The notes: a model not told the origin generated them from the sequence alone. Counted from the whole stretch's first letter, positions 49,245 to 62,320 are shown. The stretch: DNA of 63,934 nucleotides, filler included, from Octopus bimaculoides (GCF_001194135.2; 10 parts of 9 records of this genome joined end to end with filler, not necessarily neighbours in it), one strand, 5' to 3'. Numbers and translations are program-made.

Positions 49245-49530
49245 AGGTGCATATCTGGGTACAGGACATTGCAAACAAAACGTAGACAAGAAAATAATGA
49301 TAATCAGAGTACAGAAAACACACAAGCCACATAGAGAACATTTTCCTTCGTCAGCTACCCCCGTTTTAACACCGGCGTTTCGAAGAGCTGGGTATGACTC
49401 ATCGTTAAAACGGCTCTTCCCATAGACCGCAAATTAAACTTGTATACACAAATTAAATTTCTATACACCAATTAAACCTTGCCAGGGAGGAATGTAGTGG
49501 CGGACAAAAAACAAGACAGGGAAACAAACG
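49245..49530 (-). mobile_element. Repeat family E with hammerhead-like half motifs (second copy 58676-59000)
   Basis: About 280 bp roughly 90% similar between the copies by eye; GAAACGCCGGUGUU and CUGA(C/U)GA motifs. Confidence 0.75.
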
Positions 49531-50036
49531 GAAAAGGCTGTGTGTGTGTGTGTGTGTGTGTATGTGCTTGTGTGTGTGTGTGTATGTATGTATTTGTGCC
49601 TCTGTTTGTCACTCCACCGTCACTCGACAAACGATGATGCTGTGTTTACGTCACCGTTCGACAAAAGAGACCGATAGAATAAGTACTAGGTTTACAAAAA
49701 ATAAGCTCTGGGGTCGATCTGTTCGACTGAAGGCGATGTTCTTTCATGGCCAGCTACTCTTCAGGCCAATGATTTGTTGATTAGATTAAAGGCTATTTTA
49801 TCGCAAGAGGGTAAACGTTGACGCAAAGATCCATAAGCACAATTTTGTCAGTGAACAGGGCGCGGTCTCAAAGTGACGAAAATATTTTGACAAATTAAAT
49901 TTAAATGTTGAAGTGAATTTAACGGCTTTTGTGTGTTATTTTAAATGGCTTATAAACACCTTCCATGCTGCAATTATATATATATATTAGTAGGCGCTAC
50001 TTATATTATAATTTTTAAATAGTGTTCTTGTATATA

Positions 50037-50082
<46 letters not shown>

Positions 50083-50162
50083 CACAGACAGCTAGATATA
50101 TGCATGCATATATATATGCATGCATATATATATGCATATATATATATACATATAAAAATGCA

Positions 50163-50197
<35 letters not shown>

Positions 50198-51391
50198 GTA
50201 TATACACACATACATACACATATATCTACATAAATGTATATATAGATACATGCATATATGAATGCAACTACTGTACAGTTCCGTGATGATATGAATACTT
50301 GTGCGTGTAGATTTATATGAATTGATACATACATACATATATACATACACCCATACATACATACATACAAACATATATATGTAATTTTTTTTGTTTGTGT
50401 ATGCGTGTGCACAACTTAGATGCGTGTACCTGCGTGTTTTGTCCCCTGAGTAGTTAGAAAATGTTGAAATCTCTCCAGATCTGTACCATTTTGTGTCCAA
50501 TCCGATTGTGGTAAGATTATTAAATATGAGATAACACTGTAAGTTGTTTCAGATCTAAGGCTGTCACGACACGTCTAGACAGCATCATGGATTTATTTGT
50601 TATTTTATTGATAATTAAGCTAATAGTTCTATGGTGGAGCGCTGATTAAATTACAGACATACAATAAATAAATATAGGGGAAAAAACATAAAAGAAATAC
50701 AAATCTTCGTTTCCACTCACGATTTGCAATGAAATTTGTTGCTGAAGAAGAAAGATATGAAAAAGCAGCCGATTAAATCTGCGGCAGCCTTCTGTATGTT
50801 TAGTTACCTAAAGACATAAGTAAAGCTAGCGCAATATTACTTCAAACAAATTGTATCTCGTCCAAGTTTTACTTAAACGGGATATAAACCTCTCACCGTG
50901 ATATAAATGTCCTATGAGTGAACATCTTATTTGAAATCGTAATCGTAAATAGGTTGCTTTAGAAAAAACAAATCGTTGGTTATAGGTCTGAATGATATTC
51001 CATTCATCTGCTACATTACGGGTACGTAAGGAAACCAACAGTCGCTTTCAAGTGGTAGGCGACAAACTAAAAATAATTAAAAAAATAAAAATAAAGAAGC
51101 ACCAAATATATATTGCAGTCTTTTGGAATAATTATTTCTTATATAGGTCAATGACTGAAAATTTGACTTAGGGCGTAATCGGTTATGCCACTGAAGTCTT
51201 TCACTTAAGCTTATTTTATCGAGAGAAGGAAATCATTTTCTGTATTATTCGAACTCAGAAAGTAAAGAACGGAATAACTGCTACAAAACCTTTCTCAATT
51301 TTCTAATGATTCAGCCGTATCATTTCTCCTAATACGTAAAATTATTGAGATGGTATTGGTTATAAATTTAGACACATGGTTAGTATGTCCG

Positions 51392-52622
51392 ATGGAGTGG
51401 GTAATCGATTACATCGAACACCTCCCTAGTGCCCAGCTGGTACTTATTTCATCCACCCCGAGAGGATGATGGGCAGAATTTCAAATCAGAACGAAAAGGT
51501 GGATAAAATGCCCGGCGTGCTAACGATCCTGCCACCTCGTGGCCTTACAATAATCCTTTTTACTATAGACACAATGCCTGTAATTCGGAGGTAGGAGGAC
51601 GGTCCATAGCATCGACCCCGTTATTTAACTGGTACTTATTTTATTGACCCCGCAAAAGATGAAAGGTAAAGTCGATCTCGGCAGAATTCGAATTCAGAAC
51701 GTAAACATGGACGAAATGTCGCTAAGCATTTTACCCAGCATGCGAATGATTCTGCCAAATCGCCGACGTTAAAATAACGAGATCATATTGACCAGTAAAA
51801 TGAGCAGATTGTCATATTAACGGCCTGTCTATATATAATTTCTTCTGCTTACGGTTATTTGTTTTTTAAATTCAAGTTTCTGGCAGGAATAAAATAAGAA
51901 ATCCGATGCGTAGTAGGGTACAATAAATCAAACACATGCATAACCTACAAAACTCTAGATTTATTGCAATAATAAAATTCTTTATTACGTAAAACATTTT
52001 ATATTTTCATGGAACGGATTCGATAAAACTGCATAGGATCTTTACGGCATGATTGGCTTTTTACATAAAGAGCCAAGTATATTTATCAGATGCGTGAAAC
52101 TCGTGACTTACCGTATATAGTTTATTCACTCTCATAATCTATAGAAAGTGTAGCTTAATCAACTGACGGAGGCCTGAATAGTTTTAAAATGTGACCTCTA
52201 GTATTAGTTTCAAATTTTGGCACAAGACCAGCAATTGGGGGAAAGAGGATTATTGCATTACGTTCATCCCAGTATTGAAATGCTATTTATTTAATTGTCC
52301 CTGGTTGCATGAACGTCAGAGTCCACCTCGGCAAACTTGAACGCAGAATGTGAATACAGGCGAAATACCACGAAGCATTTTGCTCAGCACGGTAATGATT
52401 CTGCCAATTCGCGCGCCTGAATGTGTCATCTAATATTGGTCTGAAATTTTGGCACACGTCCAGCAATTTTGGAGCAAGGAGTAAGTCGATTACACCCAAC
52501 CCCTGAGCCGGAGGTGATTAAATACAACGTTGACCTCGGTGAAATTTGAACCAGATCTTGAAGACGGACGAAATGCCGCTGTGCATTTTGCTCCACGTGC
52601 TAACGAATCTGTCAGCTCACCG
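51392..52622 (-). mobile_element. Four diverged SINE family A copies (51392-51545, 51558-51765, 52205-52412, 52430-52622)
   Basis: Reverse heads (GCTAACGA.TCTGCCA-like) and cores. Confidence 0.75.
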
Positions 52623-53275
52623 TCTTAATATATCTTCTAATATTGTAATATGATGGTATTATACTGCTCAACCTCTGAATCATAGCACTTCTTATTTCAG
52701 ATAAATTTCCATGAGAAACTAGTAGAAATTGTTTAGCACTTTTTGTTTTTGTTTTTTCTTTACTACACTTGTACGTGAAATGCAATATGAAATCGGCAGG
52801 AAGGCTGTGGCTTTTGAACTCAGTATACATGGATATGTACGTGATAGAGAAGACATATATAATTTGAATTAATTCTATAAGACAAATTACTTTTTGAATT
52901 ATTTTTCTTTTGAATTGGGTATTTTTGTTTACTGTGTACGTTACGAAAACCATATCTTTACCAAATAACATGTATTTGGTAAATAGCAAAATATTTTGGG
53001 AAAAAAATAAATCATATGATTCTTGATTCATTTTGGCGATCCTATCTTAATTAATTTCATGTTATCACGATACTTATAGTTTAAAACCTGTTGAATCTTA
53101 TTAAAATTATCAAGATTTGCTTCTATCTACGCTTCTCTTATTCTATTTCGCCACTTCACTTGTATGTGTCTGTGGTTCAACTTTCATGAGTTTTTGCATT
53201 CATACCTATAATACGTATAGCAATACGTATAGCTATATATTCACACACACATATGCACACTGACGCACACTCACA

Positions 53276-53310
<35 letters not shown>

Positions 53311-54346
53311 TGTACTTTCGGTGCGAATGGGGTGTGTGTCTATGCATATGTATGTATGTTTGTATGTATTTATGTATGTATGTGTGTATGTAAATATATA
53401 TATATGTATGTATNNNNNNNNNNNNNNNNNNNNNNNNNNNNNNNNNNNNNNNNNNNNNNNNNNNNNNNNNNNNNNNNNNNNNNNNNNNNNNNNNNNNNNN
53501 NNNNNNNNNNNNNNNNNNNNNNNNNNNNNNNNNNNNNNNNNNNNNNNNNNNNNNNNNNNNNNNNNNNNNNNNNNNNNNNNNNNNNNNNNNNNNNNNNNNN
53601 NNNNNNNNNNNNNNNNNNNNNNNNNNNNNNNNNNNNNNNNNNNNNNNNNNNNNNNNNNNNNNNNNNNNNNNNNNNNNNNNNNNNNNNNNNNNNNNNNNNN
53701 NNNNNNNNNNNNNNNNNNNNNNNNNNNNNNNNNNNNNNNNNNNNNNNNNNNNNNNNNNNNNNNNNNNNNNNNNNNNNNNNNNNNNNNNNNNNNNNNNNNN
53801 NNNNNNNNNNNNNNNNNNNNNNNNNNNNNNNNNNNNNNNNNNNNNNNNNNNNNNNNNNNNNNNNNNNNNNNNNNNNNNNNNNNNNNNNNNNNNNNNNNNN
53901 NNNNNNNNNNNNNNNNNNNNNNNNNNNNNNNNNNNNNNNNNNNNNNNNNNNNNNNNNNNNNNNNNNNNNNNNNNNNNNNNNNNNNNNNNNNNNNNNNNNN
54001 NNNNNNNNNNNNNNNNNNNNNNNNNNNNNNNNNNNNNNNNNNNNNNNNNNNNNNNNNNNNNNNNNNNNNNNNNNNNNNNNNNNNNNNNNNNNNNNNNNNN
54101 NNNNNNNNNNNNNNNNNNNNNNNNNNNNNNNNNNNNNNNNNNNNNNNNNNNNNNNNNNNNNNNNNNNNNNNNNNNNNNNNNNNNNNNNNNNNNNNNNNNN
54201 NNNNNNNNNNNNNNNNNNNNNNNNNNNNNNNNNNNNNNNNNNNNNNNNNNNNNNNNNNNNNNNNNNNNNNNNNNNNNNNNNNNNNNNNNNNNNNNNNNNN
54301 NNNNNNNNNNNNNNNNNNNNNNNNNNNNNNNNNNNNNNNNNNNNNN

Positions 54347-54397
<51 letters not shown>

Positions 54398-55186
54398 TTC
54401 TACTTCTCTAATATACTTTAACATGTCTCCTGTTGGAAAAGTTTTCGATTCTAACAAAAAATAAAATAAAATACAAAATTCATTATTGCTTGTAAAGTGA
54501 TGTTTCATGAATTTTGTCTAAAATTTGATGAAATGTGAAGAAATACCGAAAAAAAAAACTTTTGTAACTAAAGTTGTCTTCAGTGTCACAGCATAAGGAA
54601 AGTGTTTTGAAGTCGTAGGGTGGGGTTCAAAAATCTATCATAATAAAATTTTTAGCTGATTTATCAGTTTTCTGCTTTCAAATGATTAAGGAAACATGAT
54701 TGAAGGATTTTATGCATCTATTTGTAAACGAAGATGAGGTGTAGCGTTCAAATGTTCGGGATTTAAATCCAATTTTATAAATTTTTATTTTCTATACGGA
54801 CGAATTTACACCACACAGAAAGAAGCATAGAAAGAAGCATATATGTTACATGCAACAAAATGATTTCATCAATCTAAAAAATATACAAAAGTTCAAGCGA
54901 GCGCACACATTCATTCACTCACACACACATATATATTCTTATGCATAGATGTACATAAGTAGGTATGCGTATGTATGAGGATATTTCTATACAAATGCAC
55001 ACACAGAGTCACACGCAAACACACACATATATAACGAAAGAGAGAGTGAGTGAGAGAGTGTGAGAGGGAAAGAGTGAGAGAAAGGGAAAATATATCTATA
55101 AAATAAGAATTTGCATGTATATATACATATAAAGAGATAGAGTAAGTGAGAAAGAGAGAGAAAGAGTAAGGATATGTTGGCAAAAC

Positions 55187-55244
<58 letters not shown>

Positions 55245-55249
<5 letters not shown>

Positions 55250-56029
55250 GGGCAGGACAAAAAAATGGAGACACTTTAAACTTTCAAACAATGTTATTTT
55301 GATATGGGGTACGACTGCCTTTAGCAGTAATTACCGCTTGAATTCTGTGAGGTATGGACTCATACAAAATTTTTATTGCTTCCAAAGGAATTTTTGCCCA
55401 TTCTCCAGTTCTTGTAGTGATGTTGGTGGGGGATATCGACTCCTTACTTGTTTATTCTAAAATGCACCATACGTGTCCAATAGTATTGAGATCTGGGGAC
55501 TGTGGTGGCTAGATAAGATGTTCAACTTCACTTGAATGTTCCTCGTGCAATTCAGTAACAACTTTAGCTGTGTGAATTGGTGCATTATCATTCTAACAGA
55601 TTGCGTTTCCCTCCGGAAACAGTTCCGCAACAATAGGACGAATTTGATCTGATTAAATACTTAAATAAACTTGACTATTAATTCTGCCATGAAGGGAAAC
55701 CATTGGGCCGGCGGATTTCCACGATATAGCTCCCCAGATCATCACAGACCCCTTCCATGTTTGACAGTTGGAAGAAGGTAGTCTGGGTTAAATGCTTCAT
55801 TTTGCTCTCTCAACATGTACACTCGGCCGGTGGACGGAAATACGGTAAAGGATGACTCATCCGAGAAAATAACATTCTTCCACAGCTCTAGGGAACAATT
55901 CTGTAGGTTTTTACTCCACTCTAAACGCTTTGCAACGTTTGTTTATGAAAGTCGTGGTTTTATGATTACAGTCTCCCCGTGAACATGTTTTGTGGAAATT
56001 GGATTCTCGAAGTGATCATTAATCTTGTC
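55245..56029 (-). mobile_element. Tc1-like transposon 3' half, DD36E spacing, pseudogenised
   Basis: WKNVIFSDESSF, GSVMIWGAISW, NDNAPIHTAK...PPQSPDLNTIGHVW; TIR-like end at 55245 next to (TA)n; cut by spacer. Confidence 0.9.
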
Positions 56030-56138
56030 NNNNNNNNNNNNNNNNNNNNNNNNNNNNNNNNNNNNNNNNNNNNTTAATTAATTAANNNNNNNNNNNNNNN
56101 NNNNNNNNNNNNNNNNNNNNNNNNNNNNNTATATATAC

Positions 56139-56520
56139 AGGCGTAGGAGTAGCTTTATAGGAAGTCTTCCTTCGCAATCATATAGTTCCGGCGGGTTCAG
56201 CCCGACTGCGTGGAACCTTTGGCATATGTGTGGTACTATATAGCCTCAGTGTGACCAAAAATTGTGAGTGGATTTGGTAGACGAGAACTGAAAGAAGCCC
56301 CTGTGTGTGTGTATATATATGTATGTGTGTGTGTACGTGTGTTTGTCACTCATCTCTGTTTGACAATCGGTGTTCGTGTGTTTACGTTCCTATAATTTAG
56401 TGGTTCGGTCAAAGTCATTAGGTTTAAAAACAATTAAAGAAAAAACGTTTCGTGTGACTAAAATTCTTCAAGGCAGTGTCCCAGCCTCGCCTCAGTTTAA
56501 TGACTGAAGCAAGTAAAAGA
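56139..56520 (+). mobile_element. SINE family B, diverged
   Basis: GGCGTAGGAGTAGC head to GACTGAAGCAAGTAAAAGA tail. Confidence 0.8.
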
Positions 56521-56798
56521 AGAGTTGGACGTTGGTTACCTGATGGACACGCATTGCTGCCATTTTCAAGCGCAACTTCGTTACGAGTTGCATATTCATA
56601 CAACTACCTAACATTCTCCATTTCTGTTCCTTTTTATTCTACCTCATGTTTTCTTTACGTAAACCAAGTGGAATAACTGCTACGTATACAAAGTTGTATT
56701 TTCAGAATTAAACTATCAGAGTAATAAGTTGTTGCTTATATTCCTTTCTCAATCTTTCTCAGCATGTCTGTCTGTCTGTCTGCCTCTCTGTCTATTTG

Positions 56799-56855
<57 letters not shown>

Positions 56856-57854
56856 AATACTATATATCTATGTAGTCTATATTTGCTTGCTTGCTTCATC
56901 CTATTGCTTAATGACATGGGGTCATCACAGGTCAGTAGACCCAGAGACGTCATTATGCACTTGAAAAAGTACGTTGGTGGCACATTAGTGTTGCCAAATG
57001 ACAATTTTTATGTTAATCAGTCATTTGGCATTATCTCTTTTGTTTTGTATACACTTTATATATTATTGAAAGAACGAAATAAGCGTACTGCTCATTTATA
57101 ATTTAGCCCGAAAACCATGCTACATTAATATTAATTAACAATATTTTATGCACTAAATAATTTTTCAGTAAGCGTCGTAGACATTACGATATCTTCATTA
57201 TTTCTTTTAAGAATTTGCCCTAAGAGATCTTTCATTATATCTTTTCGTGTGATTTGAAATTTGAGCATTTTCCAAATATTAAAATCAATTATTATTAGCT
57301 GTCGAACAGCCTACAGTATTCGCAGTCATATTCCAATTTGTATGATTACTAATTGAATCATTTCTGTAAACAGTCTCATCTACATTTTAAATAATTCTGT
57401 TTTAAATCTTCCATTTATTAAAACTACAGGTGAGCAAAAGTGTTTGTAGTCTGGTTGCAAAGGGACCTATTTTTTCTTATCCTAATTGAAGTTTATGCCT
57501 TTCTGCTATTAACAGTATAGCTCCCCTGTAAGACTCTCATCATGCGTGCAGATGACTGTATAAGATAAATAATCGTGTTGTATTGGCGTGTGGTGCAACT
57601 AACGTAGGTATTATATGTAGCTGTGCCTAAGAGCAAACTGTCATGAATATAAAGAATGCGAAGTGTGTTTGATGTCCCTGATATATGTGGCTCTATTTAT
57701 ATATTGGCATATATGACAGAGTGAAGAACGTGGGTGAATAAGGTAAAATATTTCCTCTTTCTAGAACGTTTAGTTCTGTGCGAGTAACATGTGAATGCTT
57801 AGGGTCTCTTAAGGACAGCTGATATTTCTTTACCAATATAGCTACAGAGAAGGC

Positions 57855-58060
57855 GGCGAGGTAGCAGAAACGCTAGCACGTCGGGCGAAATGCTTAGAGG
57901 TATTTCGTCTGTCTTTACGTTCTGAGTTCCGCCGATGTCGACTTTGCCTTTCATCTTTTTGTTGCCGATAAGTTAAGTTCCAGTTGCGTACTGGGGAACA
58001 ATCTAATTGACTGCCAATACCCCAAAACTTTGGTGTTGTGCCTTGAGTAAAAAATAATGT
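57855..58060 (+). mobile_element. SINE family A
   Basis: GCAGAAACGCTAGCACGTCGGGCGAAATGC head, GTCGACTTTGCCTTTCATC core. Confidence 0.82.
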
Positions 58061-58675
58061 AGTTACAGCGCTACACAAAGTTGAAATGTGGTTACATGCA
58101 AAAGTTTGAGGCATTTCTTATCACGTAAATACTTCGTGGGGGCCCCAGGAACAAAAGGAAAGACAGAATACCATCAAAGATGAGGGGACAGTTAGTAAAG
58201 TAAAGACCGCGTCCTTATATTTTATTTAAACATAAATATCGTCGGTTTTAACATCCTTATAGTGTGTCATATGTACGTGACTTTGACAATNNNNNNNNNN
58301 NNNNNNNNNNNNNNNNNNNNNNNNNNNNNNNNNNNNNNNNNNNNNNNNNNNNNNNNNNNNNNNNNNNNNNNNNNNNNNNNNNNNNNNNNNNNNNNNNNNN
58401 NNNNNNNNNNNNNNNNNNNNNNNNNNNNNNNNNNNNNNNNNNNNNNNNNNNNNNNNNNNNNNNNNNNNNNNNNNNNNNNNNNNNNNNNNNNNNNNNNNNN
58501 NNNNNNNNNNNNNNNNNNNNNNNNNNNNNNNNNNNNNNNNNNNNNNNNNNNNNNNNNNNNNNNNNNNNNNNNNNNNNNNNNNNNNNNNNNNNNNNNNNNN
58601 NNNNNNNNNNNNNNNNNNNNNNNNNNNNNNNNNNNNNNNNNNNNNNNNNNNNNNNNNNNNNNNNNNNNNNNNNNN

Positions 58676-59000
58676 GGTGCATATCTGGGTACAGGACATT
58701 GCAAACAAAACGTAGACAAGAAAATAATAATAACCAGAGTACAGAAAACACACAAGCCACATAGAGAACATTTTCCTTCATCAGCTACCCCCGTTTTAAC
58801 ACCGGCGTTTCGAAGAGTTGGGCAAGACTCATCGTTAAAACGGCTCTTCCCATGGACCGCAAATTAAATTTGTATACACAAATTAACCTGTGCCATGGAG
58901 GAATGTAGTGGCGGACAAAAAACAAGACAGGAAAACAAACGGAAAAGAAAACAAACGGAAAAGAAAACAAGACAGGAAAACAAACGGAAAAGGCTATGTG
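58676..59000 (-). mobile_element. Repeat family E, second copy
   Basis: Matches 49245-49530. Confidence 0.75.
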
Positions 59001-59360
59001 GCCAGACGTGAAAAATTATGTGTATATGAACGCTACATCCATTGATGATAAGGTTGATAAGATGCAGCAGAAATTGTGAATAGTTGTTTATTACTTAGAC
59101 GCTATACAAATCATACTTATATCCTTGAAACCTGTATCATCAACATGAGATATGCATCATTGTGCACGTTGTACGGATCACCGTGAGTCGTTCTCTCAGA
59201 TCTATTCACATCTATATATAGAGTGTTGTCTACAGGAGATACCCGAACACGCTCGAGGCTGAAAGTATTCTTGTATAATTTCCATTAATTTTCTTTTCAG
59301 GAAGATTTGTTAGAGCCATGAGACACATACGAACTTGTATATTTATCTTTCTGTCTGCAG

Positions 59361-59397
<37 letters not shown>

Positions 59398-59602
59398 NNN
59401 NNNNNNNNNNNNNNNNNNNNNNNNNNNNNNNNNNNNNNNNNTTAATTAATTAANNNNNNNNNNNNNNNNNNNNNNNNNNNNNNNNNNNNNNNNNNNNTTT
59501 TTTTGTCTCTCATTTTGTTAATGTTACTGTTTCATGTTTCTTGTTTCGATTTTTTTTATTCGCTGTTTTTTCTCGTTTTTTTGTTTTTCTTTTTGCATTT
59601 AG

Positions 59603-59752
59603 GTCACGAGGTGTTCTTCAGTTTTACTCTTGCTTTTATGGCCGTCATTTTCAAGGAACTGTGTTGCATATTATATGGGTTGGCGACTGGCCATTACAAA
59701 ATTAATAGACATAGTCGTAAATGCAAATATGGAAACTGTCACACAATCGCAA
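59603..59752 (+). CDS. Candidate 150-nt symmetric exon, unknown product
   Basis: Long polypyrimidine tract ending TTTAG; open frame VTRCSSVLLLLLWPSFSRNCVAYYMGWRLAITKLIDIVVNANMETVTQSQ; weak donors GTAAAT (59717) or GTTTGC (59753). Confidence 0.25.
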
Positions 59753-59790
59753 GTTTGCATGCATATATATATATGCGTTTGTGTGTGCGT

Positions 59791-59831
<41 letters not shown>

Positions 59832-60214
59832 CATACCCATAAGCATATTAGTATAGTTACATGATTTTTGTTACATGGTGTGTTTATATACAATCACACA
59901 TAGCGACTAAGAGACACAGGTGTGTTTATAACATATATAATATATGCAAATAAACTGAAGGAGCCTCGTGGACAATGGCATACACATACATGTGTGTATG
60001 CGCGTTTATGCGTGTGTTTGTATGTGTGCACATATGTAGGTGTACACCTGTGCGAATATAGGTATATATATATATATATATTTGTATAAGTGTATATATG
60101 TGAGATATACTTTCGTGAGGACTTGTATTTTATTACTGTGATTACACTGTGGATTCTCCATTCTTCCATACCGTCTCCTCCACATCAGGCGCTAATTTTT
60201 CTACTAATCTTATT

Positions 60215-60219
60215 ATTAC

Positions 60220-60300
<81 letters not shown>

Positions 60301-60660
60301 CATTATTATATAGATGCCGATCTGGCAGAATTGTTAGCACGTCGGACGACATGCTTAGCGGGATGAAGCCTGCATTTGCGTTCTGAGTTCCAATTTTATC
60401 CAGGTCAACATTGCCTTTCTATCCTCTAATGGTCGATAAAATAAGTACCACTCAAGCACTGGTGTCAGTGCGTTCGCGTTACCCCTTCCACAGAAATTCT
60501 TAGTATTGTGACAAATTTTGGAAACAAAATTCTTATTATTCCTATCATCATCATCATCATCATCATCATTTTCCTCATGTTCATCATCATCATTAGTATT
60601 ACTGTACTCTTCATAATTATCATTATTATATGTATTTCTATTATTATTATTGTTGTTATG

Positions 60661-60708
<48 letters not shown>

Positions 60709-60795
60709 TTCATTAACATTATTTTTATTATCTTTAATAATTTATTATCATTATTATTATTATTATTATTCGTATCAGTATCATCATCATCGCCA
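60215..60795. repeat. (ATT)n and (CAT)n tracts around a family A SINE (+, 60315-60535)
   Basis: Seen directly. Confidence 0.9.
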
Positions 60796-61269
60796 TCATC
60801 GTCAACTGTTTTCTACATTCCAAACTCCTCAGTTCTCAGGTGACGACTATTGATAATTTACGAATAAAAAGTTAACAGTTTCCGATAAACACTTTCAAAG
60901 AACTTTTCGTACCTGAGAAATGACGCCGTCATATTATAATATATTGAAAATATATGTAGATTAATACATAATCTATCATTTCTAAACTACAACAAACTTT
61001 AAGTTGGTCAGCTCTATGGAAAGGCTTTAAGAAAACATTGAAAGCTACACATGCATAATTATAAGCTATATTCGCGTAACGTTAACAGCTCACATAAATA
61101 AATAGGTATATAAATATATTTATAAACACAAACACACACACAAACACACANNNNNNNNNNNNNNNNNNNNNNNNNNNNNNNNNNNNNNNNNNNNTTAATT
61201 AATTAANNNNNNNNNNNNNNNNNNNNNNNNNNNNNNNNNNNNNNNNNNNNACAATTTATAACTGTTACA

Positions 61270-61450
61270 GAGGTACAATGTCTGAAATCTAGGGGTGGAG
61301 AAAGGGTACAGTGATTGTATAGACTCCAGTCTATACAATCACTGGTATTGTATTTTTATTGACTTTGCAAAAATAAAAAGCCGAGTGAACCTTGACAGGA
61401 TTTGAACTCAAAGTGTAAAGGGTCATAAATACCACAAGGTATTTTGTCCC
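61270..61450 (-). mobile_element. Diverged SINE family A
   Basis: TGGTATTG..TTTTTATTGAC...GATTTGAACTCA reverse core. Confidence 0.55.
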
Positions 61451-61744
61451 AAACTAATAAGACATAAAAACAAGAGAGAGGAGGAACAGTTTATTAAACC
61501 TGGCATGATTTGAACTTAGAACTTAAAGATAACAAACTAAATATTGCAACGGGATGATTCTGNNNNNNNNNNNNNNNNNNNNNNNNNNNNNNNNTTACAA
61601 CAGAGAGAGAGAGAGAAAGCAGGAGAAAGATAGAAGAGAGTAGAAGAACGACCCATGGTGGAATTATGACAAGAGTGACTCGATAAAAACATTGAAAAAT
61701 TAAAAGAAAAATATTTGGATAATTCACATCCAATGGGGACTTAC

Positions 61745-62320
61745 TTTAAAACTGCCAGATGTAGAGGTGTGTTGCCCTTNNNNNNNNNNNNNNNNNNNNN
61801 NNNNNNNNNNNNNNNNNNNNNNNNNNTGTTTGTGTCCACTGCGACAGGCCCAGTGTAAAGGTGTGTTACCATATTTTTTATCTTTCGCATTGACTTTAAG
61901 TTCAGGTATTTGAAGTTCGTTAATAATATTTTCGTATCCAAGTCCACAAGCCACATGTAGAGCTGTAACGCCATCTGAATCCACAGCATTGACATCAGCT
62001 TTAGTTGATGGGGTTTTTGAACAGCTCTCACTCGACCATAAGAGCTGTTTAACCACTTCAAGATGTCCACAATCACAGGCCCAGTGTAGAGGTGAGTAGT
62101 CATATTTATCTTTCATATTGACATCGGCATCAAACAGCAAGAGTTGTTCGACAATGTCCTGGAATCCCCAACTGCAGGCCCAGTGTAGCGGCGTGTGATT
62201 GTGTTTATTCTCTAGATTAACGTCAGGTTTATACAGGAGAAGTTGTTGAATGACTTCTGTGTTACCCCTGTGACAAGCCAGAAGTAGAGGTGTGTCACCG
62301 TTCACGTTTTGTTTATTGAT
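61745..62320 (-). CDS. Internal exon of an ankyrin-repeat protein (six ANK repeats, two partial; 47-N gap inside)
   Basis: GDTPLLLACHRG, NHTPLHWACSWG, YSPLHWACDCG, GVTALHVACGLG, GNTPLHWACRSG, GNTPLHLAVL; acceptor TCTTTATTGCTTTTCAG/ATC at 62321, donor AA/GTAAGT at 61744; no stops in the called bases. Confidence 0.9.

Noticed and set aside
50455-50640. Small exons around the GTAAGA donor near 50511
   Set aside because: Short frames, ambiguous acceptors and no recognisable product
59280-59360. Strong acceptor at 59300 and MRHIRTCIFIFLSAG as a signal-peptide start
   Set aside because: No donor before the (CT)n tract and spacer; cannot be supported
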